Positions 1-11,248 of a stretch of DNA of 64,000 nucleotides are shown here, in pieces. The stretch is from Pseudomonadota bacterium (GTDB lineage: Bacteria; Pseudomonadota; Gammaproteobacteria; Burkholderiales; Burkholderiaceae_C), in assembly GCA_021847345.1 (NCBI GenBank), contig JAJZTW010000003.1, forward strand, positions 38,528-102,527, written 5' to 3'. The position numbers and the translations under genes were made by a program. Each line of letters starts with the position of its first letter. Position 1 is the stretch's first letter. Under the pieces are notes generated by a model, which was given only the letters and a program-made list of their open reading frames with translations, made no database searches and was not told the origin of the DNA.

Positions 1-52
1 TGTCTATGATCCCGGCTCTGGATGTTCTGCGCCCCCGGCCGCGCCCGCCACG

Positions 53-1435
53 TTGAAACCCGCCTCCGCCTCCGCCCCCTCAAGCCGCCCCGCAGGGCAG
101 GATCTCGCAGCGCGCAGCCTGCGCAGCGTGTGGCACCCGTGCACGCAGATGAAGCGCCACGAGGCGGCGCCGCCGCGCGCCATCGTCGCCGGCGACGGCG
201 TCTGGCTGATCGACGAGCAGGGCCGGCGCATCCTCGACGCCATCAGCTCCTGGTGGGTGAACCTGTTCGGCCACGGCCAGCCGAGCATTCGCGCGGCTGT
301 CGTCGAGCAGATGCAGCGCATCGAACACGTGATGCTGGCCGGCCTGACCCACGAGCCCGTGGTGCGCCTGTCCGAGCGACTGGCCGAGCGCACCGGCCTG
401 GGCCACGCCCAGTACGCCAGCGACGGCGCCTGCGCCAACGAAATCGCCCTCAAGCTCAGCGCGCATTACTGGCGCAACGTGGGCCGTCCGGCCAAGAACC
501 GCTTCATCGCGCTGGCGGGCAGCTATCACGGCGAGACCGTGGGCGCCCTGGGTGTCACCGATGTCGAACTGTTCCGCGACAGCTACGCCCCGCTGCTGCG
601 CATCGCGGCCACCGTGCCGGCGCCCGAGCTGCGCGGCCTGCCCGACGATGCCGCCCGGCAGGCGGCCGTCGAGCGCGCGTGCGCTGCGCTCGAGGCCTAC
701 CTGCTGCGCGAGGCGCCGAACACCGCGGCGCTGATCGTCGAGCCTCTGGTGCAATGCGCCGCCGGTTTCCTGTTCCACCCGCCGGGCTACCTGGCCCGCG
801 TGCGCGAACTGTGCACCCGCCACGAGGTGCATCTGGTGGCCGACGAGATCGCCGTGGGCATGGGGCGCACCGGCCGTTTCTCGGCCTGCGAGCACGCCGG
901 CGTGCGCCCCGACTTCCTGTGCATCGGCAAGGGCCTCACCGGCGGCTTTCTCCCTCTGTCGGCGGTACTGACCACCGAACAGGTGTTCCAGGCCTTCTAC
1001 GACGACGACATCGCGCGCGCCTTCCTGCACTCGCATTCCTATACCGGCAATGCGCTGGCCTGCGCCGCCGCCCTGGCCACGCTGGACCTGCTCGACGAGC
1101 AGCGCCTGAGCGCCAACCGGGCGCTGGCGGAGCGCCTGGACCGCCTGTTCGAGCCGCTGCACCGCCACCCACGCCTGCGCCATGCCAGGCGCATCGGCAT
1201 GATCTGGGCGTGGGACGTGGCCGACGCGCCGGCGGATTTCGCGCGGCGCTTCGGCGTCGAGGCACTGGCACGCGGCGCGCTGCTGCGGCCCATCGGCTCC
1301 ACGCTGTACTTCATGCCGCCGTACGTGATCGACGAGCCGGCTGCCGAGCACCTGCTGCAGGCCACGCTGGGCGCCCTGCGCGCCACGCTGGACGACGCCG
1401 GCGGCGCCCGCGGCGCCGAGCAGCCCCTGGCCTGA
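53..1435 (+). CDS. bioA: adenosylmethionine-8-amino-7-oxononanoate aminotransferase
   Basis: 460-aa ORF with a BioA-like N-terminus (SVWHPCTQMK) and the class-III aminotransferase core (GSYHGETVGALGVT). It is followed by bioD and bioF. The start is TTG at 53 and the frame stays open to the window edge, so the start is uncertain. Confidence 0.9.
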   Translation: MKPASASAPSSRPAGQDLAARSLRSVWHPCTQMKRHEAAPPRAIVAGDGVWLIDEQGRRILDAISSWWVNLFGHGQPSIRAAVVEQMQRIEHVMLAGLTHEPVVRLSERLAERTGLGHAQYASDGACANEIALKLSAHYWRNVGRPAKNRFIALAGSYHGETVGALGVTDVELFRDSYAPLLRIAATVPAPELRGLPDDAARQAAVERACAALEAYLLREAPNTAALIVEPLVQCAAGFLFHPPGYLARVRELCTRHEVHLVADEIAVGMGRTGRFSACEHAGVRPDFLCIGKGLTGGFLPLSAVLTTEQVFQAFYDDDIARAFLHSHSYTGNALACAAALATLDLLDEQRLSANRALAERLDRLFEPLHRHPRLRHARRIGMIWAWDVADAPADFARRFGVEALARGALLRPIGSTLYFMPPYVIDEPAAEHLLQATLGALRATLDDAGGARGAEQPLA

Positions 1436-1451
1436 CCCCCCCGAACGCCCG

Positions 1452-2126
1452 ATGACACGCGAACTCGCTCCCGCCTGGCTGGTGACCGGCACCGACACCG
1501 AGATCGGCAAGACCCTGGTGTCCTGCGCGTTGCTGCACCTGCTGCGCGCACGACACGCGCGCGTGGTCGGCGCCAAGCCGGTGTCGGCCGGCGACGGTCC
1601 CGGCGGCGTCAACGAGGACGTGGCGCTGCTGCGTGCGGCCAGCACCCTGGGCGTGCCGCCGGAGCTGGACAACACATACGCGCTGCCCGACCCGATGTCG
1701 CCGCACGCCGCGGCGCGCCGCGCGTCGATGCCGATCGACCTGCACCGCATCACCGACGCCGTGCAACGTCTGCGCGAGCAGGCCGACGCGGTGGTGGTCG
1801 AGGGCGTCGGCGGCTTCCTGGTGCCGCTGTCGATGCGCGACGACGGCGGCGACCTGGCACGCCATTTGCGCCTGCCGGTGATCCTGGTCGTCGGCCTGCG
1901 CCTGGGCTGCCTGAACCATGCGCTGCTCACGCAGGAGGCCATCGCCGCGCGCGGGCTGGCGCTGGCCGGCTGGGTCGGCAACCTGGTGGATCCGGGCATG
2001 CTCGCCCAGGCGGACAACATCGAACTGCTTCGGGCGCGCCTGCGCGCGCCCTGCCTGGGTATCGTCCCGCACCTGGCACAGCCCGACCCGCGGGCCGCCG
2101 CGCAGCACCTGCAATGGGCCGCGTGA
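1452..2126 (+). CDS. bioD: dethiobiotin synthetase
   Basis: 224-aa ORF with the N-terminal P-loop [11 protein letters not shown] typical of BioD. It sits between bioA and bioF. Confidence 0.9.
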   Translation: MTRELAPAWLVTGTDTEIGKTLVSCALLHLLRARHARVVGAKPVSAGDGPGGVNEDVALLRAASTLGVPPELDNTYALPDPMSPHAAARRASMPIDLHRITDAVQRLREQADAVVVEGVGGFLVPLSMRDDGGDLARHLRLPVILVVGLRLGCLNHALLTQEAIAARGLALAGWVGNLVDPGMLAQADNIELLRARLRAPCLGIVPHLAQPDPRAAAQHLQWAA

Positions 2127-3313
2127 GCGCGAACCCGCCGACCACCGCTTGGGACTTCGACGCCGAGCTGCGCGGCATCGATGCCGCGCAGCTGCGCCGA
2201 CGCCGGCGCGTGGTCGACGCCTACGACGGCACGCGCCTGCGCATCGACGGTCGCGAGATGTCGTGCTTTTGCAGCAACGACTATCTCGGGCTGGCCCAGC
2301 ACCCGGCGCTGGTCGACGCGGCGCGTGAAGCCGCAGCGCGCTGGGGTGTGGGCGCCACGGCGTCGCCGCTGGTCTGCGGGCACAGCCGGGCGCACGACGA
2401 GCTCGAACGCGAGCTCGCCGACTTCGTCGGCATGCCGCGCGCGCTGTATTTCTACGCCGGCTTCCCGGCCAACACCGGCCTGGTGCCGGCGCTGGCCACG
2501 CGCGGCGACGCGGTGTTCTCCGACGCGCTGAACCACGCCTGCCTGATCGACGGCGCCCGACTTTCCCGCGCCGACCTGCAGGTGTACGCGCACGCCGATG
2601 CCGCCGACCTGGAGCGCCGCCTGCGCGCCAGCCCGGCGCGCCGCAAGCTGATCGTCACCGACGCCGTGTTCAGCATGGACGGCGACATCGCCCCGCTGCC
2701 CGAACTGCTGCAACTGGCCGAGCGCCACGACGCGATGCTGCTGATCGACGATGCGCACGGCTTCGGCGTGCTCGGCCCGCACGGCGCCGGCAGCGCCGCG
2801 GCCTTCGGGCTGCGCAGCCCGCGCCTGCTCTACATGGCCACGCTGGGCAAGGCCGCGGGAGTGGCCGGCGCCTTCGTCGCCGGAGCCGAATCGGCGATCG
2901 AGTTCCTCATGCAGCGAGCGCGCAGCTACATCTTCGCCACCGCGGCGCCGGCGCTGGTCGCCGAGGTGCTGCGCGCCAGCCTGCGCGTCATCGCCGAGGA
3001 ATCGTGGCGCCGAGAACGCCTGCGCGAGCTGATCTCGATGGTGCGCGAACAGGCCAGGTTGCCCGCCGGCTGGCGCCTGGGCGAATCGAGCACCCCCGTG
3101 CAGCCGCTGCTGATCGGCGGCAACGATGCCGCGTTGCGCGCGATGCAGGCGCTGTGGGACCAGGGCTTGTGGGTACCGGCCATTCGCCCTCCCACCGTGC
3201 CGGCGGGCAGCGCGCGCCTGCGCCTGAGCCTTTCGGCCGCCCATGCACCGGGTGACCTGCGCCGCCTGCTCGATGCCATCGCCGGGCTGCGCCCGCACGA
3301 CCCCGCCCCCTGA
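2114..3313 (+). CDS. bioF: 8-amino-7-oxononanoate synthase
   Basis: 399-aa ORF with alpha-oxoamine synthase features ([23 protein letters not shown] with the PLP lysine). It overlaps bioD by 13 nt. Confidence 0.9.
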   Translation: MGRVSANPPTTAWDFDAELRGIDAAQLRRRRRVVDAYDGTRLRIDGREMSCFCSNDYLGLAQHPALVDAAREAAARWGVGATASPLVCGHSRAHDELERELADFVGMPRALYFYAGFPANTGLVPALATRGDAVFSDALNHACLIDGARLSRADLQVYAHADAADLERRLRASPARRKLIVTDAVFSMDGDIAPLPELLQLAERHDAMLLIDDAHGFGVLGPHGAGSAAAFGLRSPRLLYMATLGKAAGVAGAFVAGAESAIEFLMQRARSYIFATAAPALVAEVLRASLRVIAEESWRRERLRELISMVREQARLPAGWRLGESSTPVQPLLIGGNDAALRAMQALWDQGLWVPAIRPPTVPAGSARLRLSLSAAHAPGDLRRLLDAIAGLRPHDPAP

Positions 3314-3323
3314 AGCGCGCGAC

Positions 3324-3893
3324 TCAGGCGTCGAGCACCCGCTCGATGCGTCGGTCGGGAACCAGCCACAGCAGCGCCACGAACACGTACAGCGCCTGCG
3401 CCGCCGCCGGCGATGCGTACGACAGCGCGATGCCCAGCACGTACAGCAGCGGTGAGGCCTTGCCCTTGAGGTCGCGCCCCACGGCGCGGCGCAGCGTGTC
3501 GCTGCCGGCCGCGATGATGCATCGCTGCAGCAGCCAGTACGCGCAGGCGGCCATGAGCAGCACCACCCCGTACAGCGCGCTGGGCGCCGACGCGAAATGA
3601 TTCTCCCCCATCCAGGCCGTGGCGAAAGGCAGCAGGGACAACCAGAACAGCAGGTGCAGGTTCGCCCACAGCATGGCACCGCTGACCCGGCCGACCACGT
3701 GCAGCATGTGGTGGTGGTTGTTCCAGTAGATGCCGATGTAGACAAAACTCAGCAGGTAGCTCAGCAGCACCGGCAACAGCGGCGCCAGGGCCGCCCATGA
3801 AGGGCTGCGCGGCACCTTCAGCTCCAGCACCATGATGGTGATGATGATGGCGATCACGCCATCGCTGAACGCTTCCAGCCGATTCTTGCCCAC
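3324..3893 (-). CDS. TMEM175/DUF1211-family putative K+ channel
   Basis: A GTG start at 3893 is preceded by GGAGG with a 6-nt spacer. The 189-aa product starts GKNRLEAFSDGVIAIIITIMVLEL, the signature first helix of the family, and has about six hydrophobic helices. The longer 304-aa ORF extension is Arg/Ala junk. Confidence 0.75.
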   Translation of the reverse strand: MGKNRLEAFSDGVIAIIITIMVLELKVPRSPSWAALAPLLPVLLSYLLSFVYIGIYWNNHHHMLHVVGRVSGAMLWANLHLLFWLSLLPFATAWMGENHFASAPSALYGVVLLMAACAYWLLQRCIIAAGSDTLRRAVGRDLKGKASPLLYVLGIALSYASPAAAQALYVFVALLWLVPDRRIERVLDA

Positions 3894-3913
3894 GTCTGGC
3901 CTCCGTCGCCGGG

Positions 3914-4971
<1,058 letters not shown>

Positions 4972-4975
<4 letters not shown>

Positions 4976-5793
4976 TGCCGGGCGGGCGCGCCGCGCCGCG
5001 ACCACAGGCCGCCGAGCAGCGGCAGCGGAAGGCCGACGGCGAAGAACAGCCACAGCAGCGGATACACCGCCTGCAGCCCGGTGTCCTGCAGGTTGACCCA
5101 CAGGCGCACGGGAATGCCCTGCGGGTAGTAGGCGACGATCAGCACCACGCCGAACTCGCCCAGCGCACGCACCCAGGCCAGCGCCAGCGCCGCCGCCAGG
5201 CCCAGGCCGGCCAGCGGCAGCGTGACGCGCCCGAAGGTGCGCAGCGCCGACTGGCCCAGGCTGAGCGACATCTGCTCGAGCTCGCGCGGAACCCCCTCGA
5301 AGGCGGCGCGAGCCGCGACGATGAAATACGGCGCGCTGGCATACACCTGGGCCAGCACGAAGGCCGCGGGGGTGTTGGTGAGCAGCAGCCCGGCATGGGC
5401 CAGCGGCCGGCCCAGCCAGCCATAGGGGCCGAAGCTCATGCTCAGCAGCAGCCCCATGGCCAGCGGCGGGGTCAGCAGCGGCAGCAGCACCAGGACCTCG
5501 CACAGCCACTTGCCGCGAAAGTCGCGGCGCGCCAGCAGCCACGCCGCCGGCGTGCCCAGCAAGGCCACGACCAGCATGGCCAGCGCCGTGTAGAGCAGCG
5601 ACACGCGAACGGCGCCAAGGTCGCCGGGCTGCAGGTGCAGGGCCCGCCAGGGCGTGCTCCACAACAAGCCGGCGAAAGGCAGCGCCAGTGCCACCAGCGC
5701 GGCCAGGCCAAGCGCGGCCACGATCAGCGCACGACGCGGCAACGGCATGGTGACGCGGCGGGGCGGACGGGGCTCGAAGGCGAAGGGGCTCAC
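4972..5793 (-). CDS. ABC transporter permease (ModB/CysT-like)
   Basis: Polytopic membrane protein with an EAA-loop-like segment ([21 protein letters not shown]...RALGEFG). It is translationally coupled to the ATPase. The start is either GTG at 5793 or ATG at 5748. Confidence 0.75.
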
Positions 5794-5868
5794 GGGGTCG
5801 GGGCGCGGGACGGCGGCACCGGGGGTGCGCCGAGCGCGATCATAAGCACGAAGCCGGCGCGCGCGACG

Positions 5869-7533
5869 TCAATCCCCGGCGCAGATGTCGGCGCCACGGG
5901 TTTCCGGCAGCAGGAACAGCCCGATGACAAAGCTCGCCGCGGCGACGATCACCGGGTACCAGAGCCCGTGGTAGATGCTGCCGTCGTGGGCCACCAGCGC
6001 GAAAGCCACCGTCGGCACCAGGCCCCCGAACCAGCCGTTGCCCAGGTTGTACGGCAGGCCCATCGACGTGTAGCGGATGCGGGTCGGGAACAGCTCGACC
6101 AGCGCCGCCGCGATCGGCGCGTAAACCATCGCCACGTCAGCCACCAGCAGGGTCAGGATCAGCACCACCAGGGGTCGGTCCACGGCCGCCGGATCGGCAT
6201 GCGAGGGATAGCCGGCGGCGAGCACCGCCGCGCCCAGCTGCTGCTCGAGCGCCTGCTGGCGCCGCATTCGCTCGGGTTGCGAAAGCCGCCGCGCATCGAA
6301 GGCCTCGATGCGCCGCCCGTCGACCTCGATGCGGGCCGGCCCGGGGGCGTCGCGTCGCCGGTAGTTCACCGCCACCGCGCTGAGAGCCTGCTTGGCGACG
6401 TCGCACGAACGGGTGAACGGCTCGCCGCCATCGGGTCGCAGCGGGAACGAGCATTGCGCCGGGTCGGCCACCAGCACCACGGGATGGCGCGCCATGGCGC
6501 GCGCAAGAGCCGGGTTGGCGGCCGTGGTCAAAGCATGGAACATCGGGAAATAGCCGAGCGCGGCGAGCAGGCACCCCGACAGCATCACCGGCCGCCTGCC
6601 GATGCGATCCGACAACGCGCCGAACACGTGGAACAGCGGAAGCGCCAGCAGCAGCGAGATCCCGATCAGCAGACCCGCCAGCGCGCCGTCGAGCTTGACC
6701 GTGCGGGTGAGAAACACCAGGGCATAGAACTGGCCCGTGTACCAGATCACGCCCTGCCCGGCGGTCAGGCCGAACAGCGCCACCAGCACGCGCCGCAGGT
6801 TGTCTCCGCGCCCGAGCGCCTCCGACAGTGGCGCCTTGGACGTGCGCCCGGCGCGCCGGATGCGCACGAAGGCCGGGGACTCGCTCAGGCGCAGGCGCAT
6901 CCACACCGAAACCGCCAGCAGGGCGCTAGAAGCCAGGAAGGGCAGGCGCCAGCCCCAGGCCGTGAATTCCTGCTCGCCGAGCAGGCGCCGCAGCCCGACG
7001 TTGACCAGCAGCGACAGCAGCAGCCCGACCGTGGCGGTGGTCTGCAGCCACGACGTGTAGGCGCCGCGCCGCTCGCGCGGGGCGTACTCGCCGACGTAGG
7101 TCGCGGCGCCTCCGTACTCGCCCCCCACCGCCAGGCCCTGCAGCAGGCGCAGCGCGACCAGGATCATCGGCGCGGCCACGCCGATGCTGGCGTAGCCCGG
7201 CAGCAGCCCGGCGATGAAGGTCGACAACCCCATCAGCAGGATGGTCACGAGAAAGGTGTACTTGCGCCCGATCAGGTCGCCCAGGCGCCCGAACAGCAGC
7301 GCGCCGAAGGGACGCACCAGGAAACCCGACGCGAAGGCCAGCAGCGCGAACACGAAGGCCGAGCCGGGGTCGAGCCCGGCGAAGAATTCATCGCCGATGA
7401 TGCCGGCCAGCGAGCCGTACAGGTAGAAGTCGTACCACTCGAACACCGTGCCCAGCGACGATGCCAGCAGCGCCCGGCGCTGCTCGGGGTCGAGCCGTGG
7501 CCGGGTTCGCGCGGGCGGCAGCGGCGGCTTCAA
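5869..7533 (-). CDS. MFS transporter (metabolite:H+ symporter-like) with a large internal soluble insert
   Basis: MHS-family motifs are present (GTVFEWYDFYLYG, RPFGALLFGRLGDLIGRK). A non-hydrophobic segment of about 120 aa sits between late TM helices. There is no ATG; candidate starts are TTG at 7533 (overlapping the upstream stop as TTGA) or GTG at 7542. Confidence 0.8.
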   Translation of the reverse strand: MKPPLPPARTRPRLDPEQRRALLASSLGTVFEWYDFYLYGSLAGIIGDEFFAGLDPGSAFVFALLAFASGFLVRPFGALLFGRLGDLIGRKYTFLVTILLMGLSTFIAGLLPGYASIGVAAPMILVALRLLQGLAVGGEYGGAATYVGEYAPRERRGAYTSWLQTTATVGLLLSLLVNVGLRRLLGEQEFTAWGWRLPFLASSALLAVSVWMRLRLSESPAFVRIRRAGRTSKAPLSEALGRGDNLRRVLVALFGLTAGQGVIWYTGQFYALVFLTRTVKLDGALAGLLIGISLLLALPLFHVFGALSDRIGRRPVMLSGCLLAALGYFPMFHALTTAANPALARAMARHPVVLVADPAQCSFPLRPDGGEPFTRSCDVAKQALSAVAVNYRRRDAPGPARIEVDGRRIEAFDARRLSQPERMRRQQALEQQLGAAVLAAGYPSHADPAAVDRPLVVLILTLLVADVAMVYAPIAAALVELFPTRIRYTSMGLPYNLGNGWFGGLVPTVAFALVAHDGSIYHGLWYPVIVAAASFVIGLFLLPETRGADICAGD

Positions 7534-7841
7534 ACCCCCCACACCACCGGTGTATCGGCTTCCAGGCTGCGCTTGAGCAGCTGTACGAAGGGCCACGCCC
7601 GCTGGCGCAGCGTGATGCCCTGCGCGCCGGCGGCTGCGGGCGCGGCGTCGCCCGGCGCGTGGCGCGCGCGCTCGTCGTCGTCGACCGCGGCCTGCAGCGC
7701 GGCGATGGCCCGCGGCATGTCGGCCGGCTCGATGATGCCCTGCGGCGCGGGCTGCTTGCCGATGATGCCCAGGATGCGCTCGGCCGGGGCCTGGTTCATG
7801 AACAGATCGGAGTCGGCGCGCGATCGGAACTTGTACATCAT
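7530..7841 (-). CDS. DUF1840-like small protein
   Basis: The product starts MMYKFRSRADSDLFMNQAPAERILGIIGK and ends RAWPFVQLLKRSLEADTPVVWGV, which matches my recollection of the DUF1840 family. The start is ATG at 7841 or 7838. Confidence 0.6.
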   Translation of the reverse strand: MMYKFRSRADSDLFMNQAPAERILGIIGKQPAPQGIIEPADMPRAIAALQAAVDDDERARHAPGDAAPAAAGAQGITLRQRAWPFVQLLKRSLEADTPVVWGV

Positions 7842-8173
7842 GGCATGCAGCGGCCAGGCCGCGAAAGGTGGCGCGGGCGCCAACGGCATGGCCCGCGAAT
7901 GCCCACAGCATAAGGCGCCCGCCCCGGCGCAACCAGCATGGACTGCGACGAGCCGCAAAACCGTGCTGCCGCGTCAGGATCCAGGGCTCTGCGGGCCCGC
8001 CCTGCCCGCGCCGGCACTTGCCCCTAAGGTATCTCCTTCGCGAGCCGCCACAACCGCGCATATCACGCGCGAACGCGCCGACGCGCTGGCGCGCTGGCGC
8101 TGCCGGCGGCCCGGCTGCGGCCTCACACCGCTTCGAGCCCCTCCCGAGCCCCTTCCATTCCCGAGCGTCGCCG

Positions 8174-9745
8174 ATGATCGACCCCGACGTGGTCCTGCTG
8201 TCGCGCTGGCAATTCGCCGTCACCGCGCTGTACCACTTCCTGTTCGTGCCCCTCACGCTGGGCCTGGGCTTCCTGCTGGCGGCCATCGAGACCGTCTACG
8301 TGCTCAGCGGGCGCGCGATCTACCGCCACATGGTCGAGTTCTGGAGCAAGCTGTTCCTGGTGAACTTCGCGCTGGGCGTGGCCACCGGCCTGACCCTGGA
8401 ATTCGAGTTCGGCACCAACTGGTCCTTCTACTCCGGCTTCGTCGGCGACATTTTCGGCGCCCCGCTGGCGCTGGAAGCGCTGATGGCCTTTTTCCTCGAG
8501 TCGACGTTCGTCGGCCTGATGGCCTTCGGCTGGAAGCGCCTGAGCCGCATGCAGCACCTGGTGGTCACCTACCTGGTCGCGCTGGGCGCCAACCTCTCGG
8601 CGCTGTGGATCCTGGTGGCCAACGCCTTCATGCAGGACCCGCAGGGCGCGCAGTTCAACCCGATCACCATGCGCATGGAGCTCGCCAGCCTGCCGTCGCT
8701 GCTGTTCAGCGAGGAGGCGCAGGCCAAGTTCGTGCACACCAGCCTGGCCGGCTACGTCACCGCCGCCGTCTACATGGCCGGCATCAGTGCCTGGTACATG
8801 CTGCGTGGGCGTCACATGGAAGTGGCGCGCCGCTCGTTCCGGGTGGCCACGCTGTTCGGGGTGCTGTCGATGGCCGGCGTGATCACGCTGGGAGATGCGC
8901 TGGGCTACGTGGGAGGCCACGCCCAGCCCGCCAAGCTGGCCGCGATGGAGGCTGCCTGGCGCACGCAGCCGCCGCCGGCCGCGTTCAACGTCGTTGCCTG
9001 GCCCGAGCAGTCGCGTCTGGACAACCGCTTCGAGCTGCGCATTCCCTACGTGCTCACGCCGCTGGTCACCCACACGCTGACCCAGCCGGTGCCCGGGGCG
9101 CGGCAGATCGCGCAGGCCAACGAACTGCGCGTACGCAACGGCCTGCAGGCACTCGAGGCGCTGCGCGAACTCGCCGCCGAGCCGGGAAGCGAGTCGGCCG
9201 TGCGAGCCTTCCAGGCCCATCAGCGCGACCTCGGCTTCGGTTTGCTGGCGCAGCGCTACGCCCGCGACGGCGACGTGCGAAGCCTCGGCGACGTGGCCAT
9301 ACGCCGAGCCGCGCTCGACAGCCTGCCCGATGTATTCGCGGTGTTCTGGAGCTTCCGCCTGATGGTGGCGGTGGCGCTTGCGCTGCTCGCGTACTTCGTG
9401 CTGGCGCTGGTTCTCACCTTGCGCGACCAGGTGCAGCACCGCCTCTGGTTCCTGCGCCTGGCGCCCTGCATGATCCCGCTGCCGTTCCTGGCCTCCGAGT
9501 TCGGCTGGCTCACTGCCGAACTGGGGCGCCAGCCCTGGACCGTGTTCGAACTCCTGCCGACCTGGATGAGCGCGTCCGGACATACGCGCGGCGAACTGGT
9601 GTTCTCGCTGGGCGTGTTCGCCACCCTCTACACCACGTTCCTGGTCGTCGACATCGCGCTGCAGTGGCGCCTGGTGCGCCGCGGACCACACGCCGGCGAC
9701 GAAGCCACCCCGCTGCGGGCGCCGAAGCCCGCAGCGCCCCACTGA
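8174..9745 (+). CDS. cydA: cytochrome bd ubiquinol oxidase subunit I
   Basis: The product starts MIDPDVVLLSRWQFAVTALYHFLFVPLTLG, a classic CydA N-terminus. It is 523 aa and followed by cydB. The upstream part of the 625-aa ORF is not protein-like. Confidence 0.92.
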   Translation: MIDPDVVLLSRWQFAVTALYHFLFVPLTLGLGFLLAAIETVYVLSGRAIYRHMVEFWSKLFLVNFALGVATGLTLEFEFGTNWSFYSGFVGDIFGAPLALEALMAFFLESTFVGLMAFGWKRLSRMQHLVVTYLVALGANLSALWILVANAFMQDPQGAQFNPITMRMELASLPSLLFSEEAQAKFVHTSLAGYVTAAVYMAGISAWYMLRGRHMEVARRSFRVATLFGVLSMAGVITLGDALGYVGGHAQPAKLAAMEAAWRTQPPPAAFNVVAWPEQSRLDNRFELRIPYVLTPLVTHTLTQPVPGARQIAQANELRVRNGLQALEALRELAAEPGSESAVRAFQAHQRDLGFGLLAQRYARDGDVRSLGDVAIRRAALDSLPDVFAVFWSFRLMVAVALALLAYFVLALVLTLRDQVQHRLWFLRLAPCMIPLPFLASEFGWLTAELGRQPWTVFELLPTWMSASGHTRGELVFSLGVFATLYTTFLVVDIALQWRLVRRGPHAGDEATPLRAPKPAAPH

Positions 9746-9761
9746 CCCGCCGGATCACGCC

Positions 9762-10895
9762 ATGGAACTGTATGCCTTGCTCAAACTGGGTTGGTGGTGC
9801 GTGCTGGGCATCGTGCTCGTGGGCACCGCCACGCTGATGGGAAGCGACATGGGCGTCGGCGCCCTGCTGCGGGTGGTCGCGCGCAGCGACAACGAGCGCC
9901 GCGTCTGCCTCAACGCCATCGGCCCGCACTGGGAAGGCAACCAGACCTGGTTCGTGCTCGGAGGCGGCGCCAGCTTCGCCGCCTTTCCACTGCTGTACGC
10001 GACGGCCTTCTCGGCGCTGTACGTGGTGATGCTTCTGCTGCTGTGGTCCATGCTGCTGCGACCGGTCGGCTTCGAGTACCGCAGCAAGCTGCCGCTGCGC
10101 GCCTGGCGCGAGGTCTGGGACTGGGCCCTGGTGCTCGGCGGCGCGCTGCCCATGCTCATCTTCGGCGCCGCGTTCGGGAACCTGCTGCTGGGAGTGGGCT
10201 TCGACCTCGACTGGAGCCTGCGTTCGAGCTACCAGGGGCACGCCGGCGCGCTGTTGCGCCCCTTCGCGCTGCTTTGCGGACTGCTGGCACTGGCGCTGGC
10301 CGCGCTTCAGGGAGCGGCCGTGCTGGTGCAACGCTGCCCCGGAGCTGTCGCGCGGCGGGCCAGGCTCGCCGGCGCGAGTGCCGGGGCCTGCGCGCTGCTG
10401 CTGTTCGCCGGCGCCAGCGTCTGGGCCGCGCGGCTCGACGGCTGGCTGCTGCTCTCCCACCCCGGCGCAGGGGTGATGCAAAGCCCGCTGCAGCAGCAGG
10501 TGCTGGTGCAGGCCGGCGCGTGGCAGGCGAACTTCGGGCAGCATCCGCTGCTGTGGCTGCTGCCGGCGCTCGGCGCGCTGGGCATGCCGGCGGCGGCGGC
10601 ATGCCTGTACGCGCGCCATGCGCGTGCCGCCTGGCACCTGGGCACCCTGGCGTGGGTGGGCGTGCTGGGTACGGCCGGCGCCAGCCTGTTCCCCTTCGTG
10701 CTTCCGTCGAGCACGCACCCCGAGCACAGCCTGACGGTCTGGAACGCAGCGTCCAGCAGCGGCGCGCTGCTGTGGATGAGCGGCTTCACCGCGGTGCTGC
10801 TGCCACTGGTGCTGTGGTACACGCGCTGGTGCTTCCGGATCATGCGCGGCAGCGTCGACGGCCATGAGATCGAAGGCAGCGATCACGCCTACTGA
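9762..10895 (+). CDS. cydB: cytochrome bd ubiquinol oxidase subunit II
   Basis: 377-aa polytopic protein with the CydB motif GPHWEGNQTWFVLGGGASFAAFP. It lies immediately after cydA. Confidence 0.92.
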   Translation: MELYALLKLGWWCVLGIVLVGTATLMGSDMGVGALLRVVARSDNERRVCLNAIGPHWEGNQTWFVLGGGASFAAFPLLYATAFSALYVVMLLLLWSMLLRPVGFEYRSKLPLRAWREVWDWALVLGGALPMLIFGAAFGNLLLGVGFDLDWSLRSSYQGHAGALLRPFALLCGLLALALAALQGAAVLVQRCPGAVARRARLAGASAGACALLLFAGASVWAARLDGWLLLSHPGAGVMQSPLQQQVLVQAGAWQANFGQHPLLWLLPALGALGMPAAAACLYARHARAAWHLGTLAWVGVLGTAGASLFPFVLPSSTHPEHSLTVWNAASSSGALLWMSGFTAVLLPLVLWYTRWCFRIMRGSVDGHEIEGSDHAY

Positions 10896-10908
10896 ACCGG
10901 TTCCTGCG

Positions 10909-11127
10909 ATGCGCACCCTGTTGACCTTCGTCGGCCTGATGGGCCTCAGCGCCGTGCTGATCGTGCTCGGCGTGATCCTCGGCGACTATGCCTCGTGGTA
11001 CTTCGCATGGATCGTCGGCACGGCGATGATCGTGCTGGTCAGCGCCGCCGGGCTGGCCTGGCTCGATGCCCAGGACGCCGAGCGCCGCGCCGCGCCCGCG
11101 CGACCGCCACGCTCCGGGCACGCTTGA
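10909..11127 (+). CDS. cydX: CydX-like small subunit (extended, two-helix form)
   Basis: It starts 13 nt after cydB and contains the CydX/YbgT core WYFAWIVGTAMIVLV. An extra hydrophobic helix precedes this core and a charged tail follows it. The start could instead be ATG at 10939. Confidence 0.55.
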   Translation: MRTLLTFVGLMGLSAVLIVLGVILGDYASWYFAWIVGTAMIVLVSAAGLAWLDAQDAERRAAPARPPRSGHA

Positions 11128-11248
11128 TGCGCGTCAACGGTGCGGCCCGGCCCCGGCGCGCAGGCATCGCGCCAGGCGCACGCGTCGCACTAGACTGCAC
11201 GGCAGGCCCCGTGCGAGGCGCATCGGGGCGCGAACCCCGAGAGCCATC

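Noticed and set aside
80-3745. Very long ORFs in the six-frame track: 80-3745 (minus), 4975-9837 (plus), 17462-21154 (minus), 39225-42089 (minus), 40145-42748 (plus, except its last 222 codons), 52060-54150 (minus), 61743-63938 (minus) and 61994-63985 (plus).
   Set aside because: Their translations are Arg/Ala/Gly/Pro-rich low-complexity sequence with no motifs. They run antisense or out of frame to genes with unmistakable conserved motifs (bio, cyd, M61, argS, dapB, ntrY). Stop-poor alternative frames are expected at this GC content.
5749-5868. A molybdenum-cofactor riboswitch upstream of the ModB-like permease.
   Set aside because: The spacer is only 75-120 nt, depending on the start codon, and I recognise none of the conserved Moco-motif features. 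It cannot be supported by eye.
8000-8173. An FNR/ANR box (TTGAT-N4-ATCAA) upstream of cydA.
   Set aside because: I found no convincing match. Only a weak partial string (TTGCCCCTAAGGTATC) is present.
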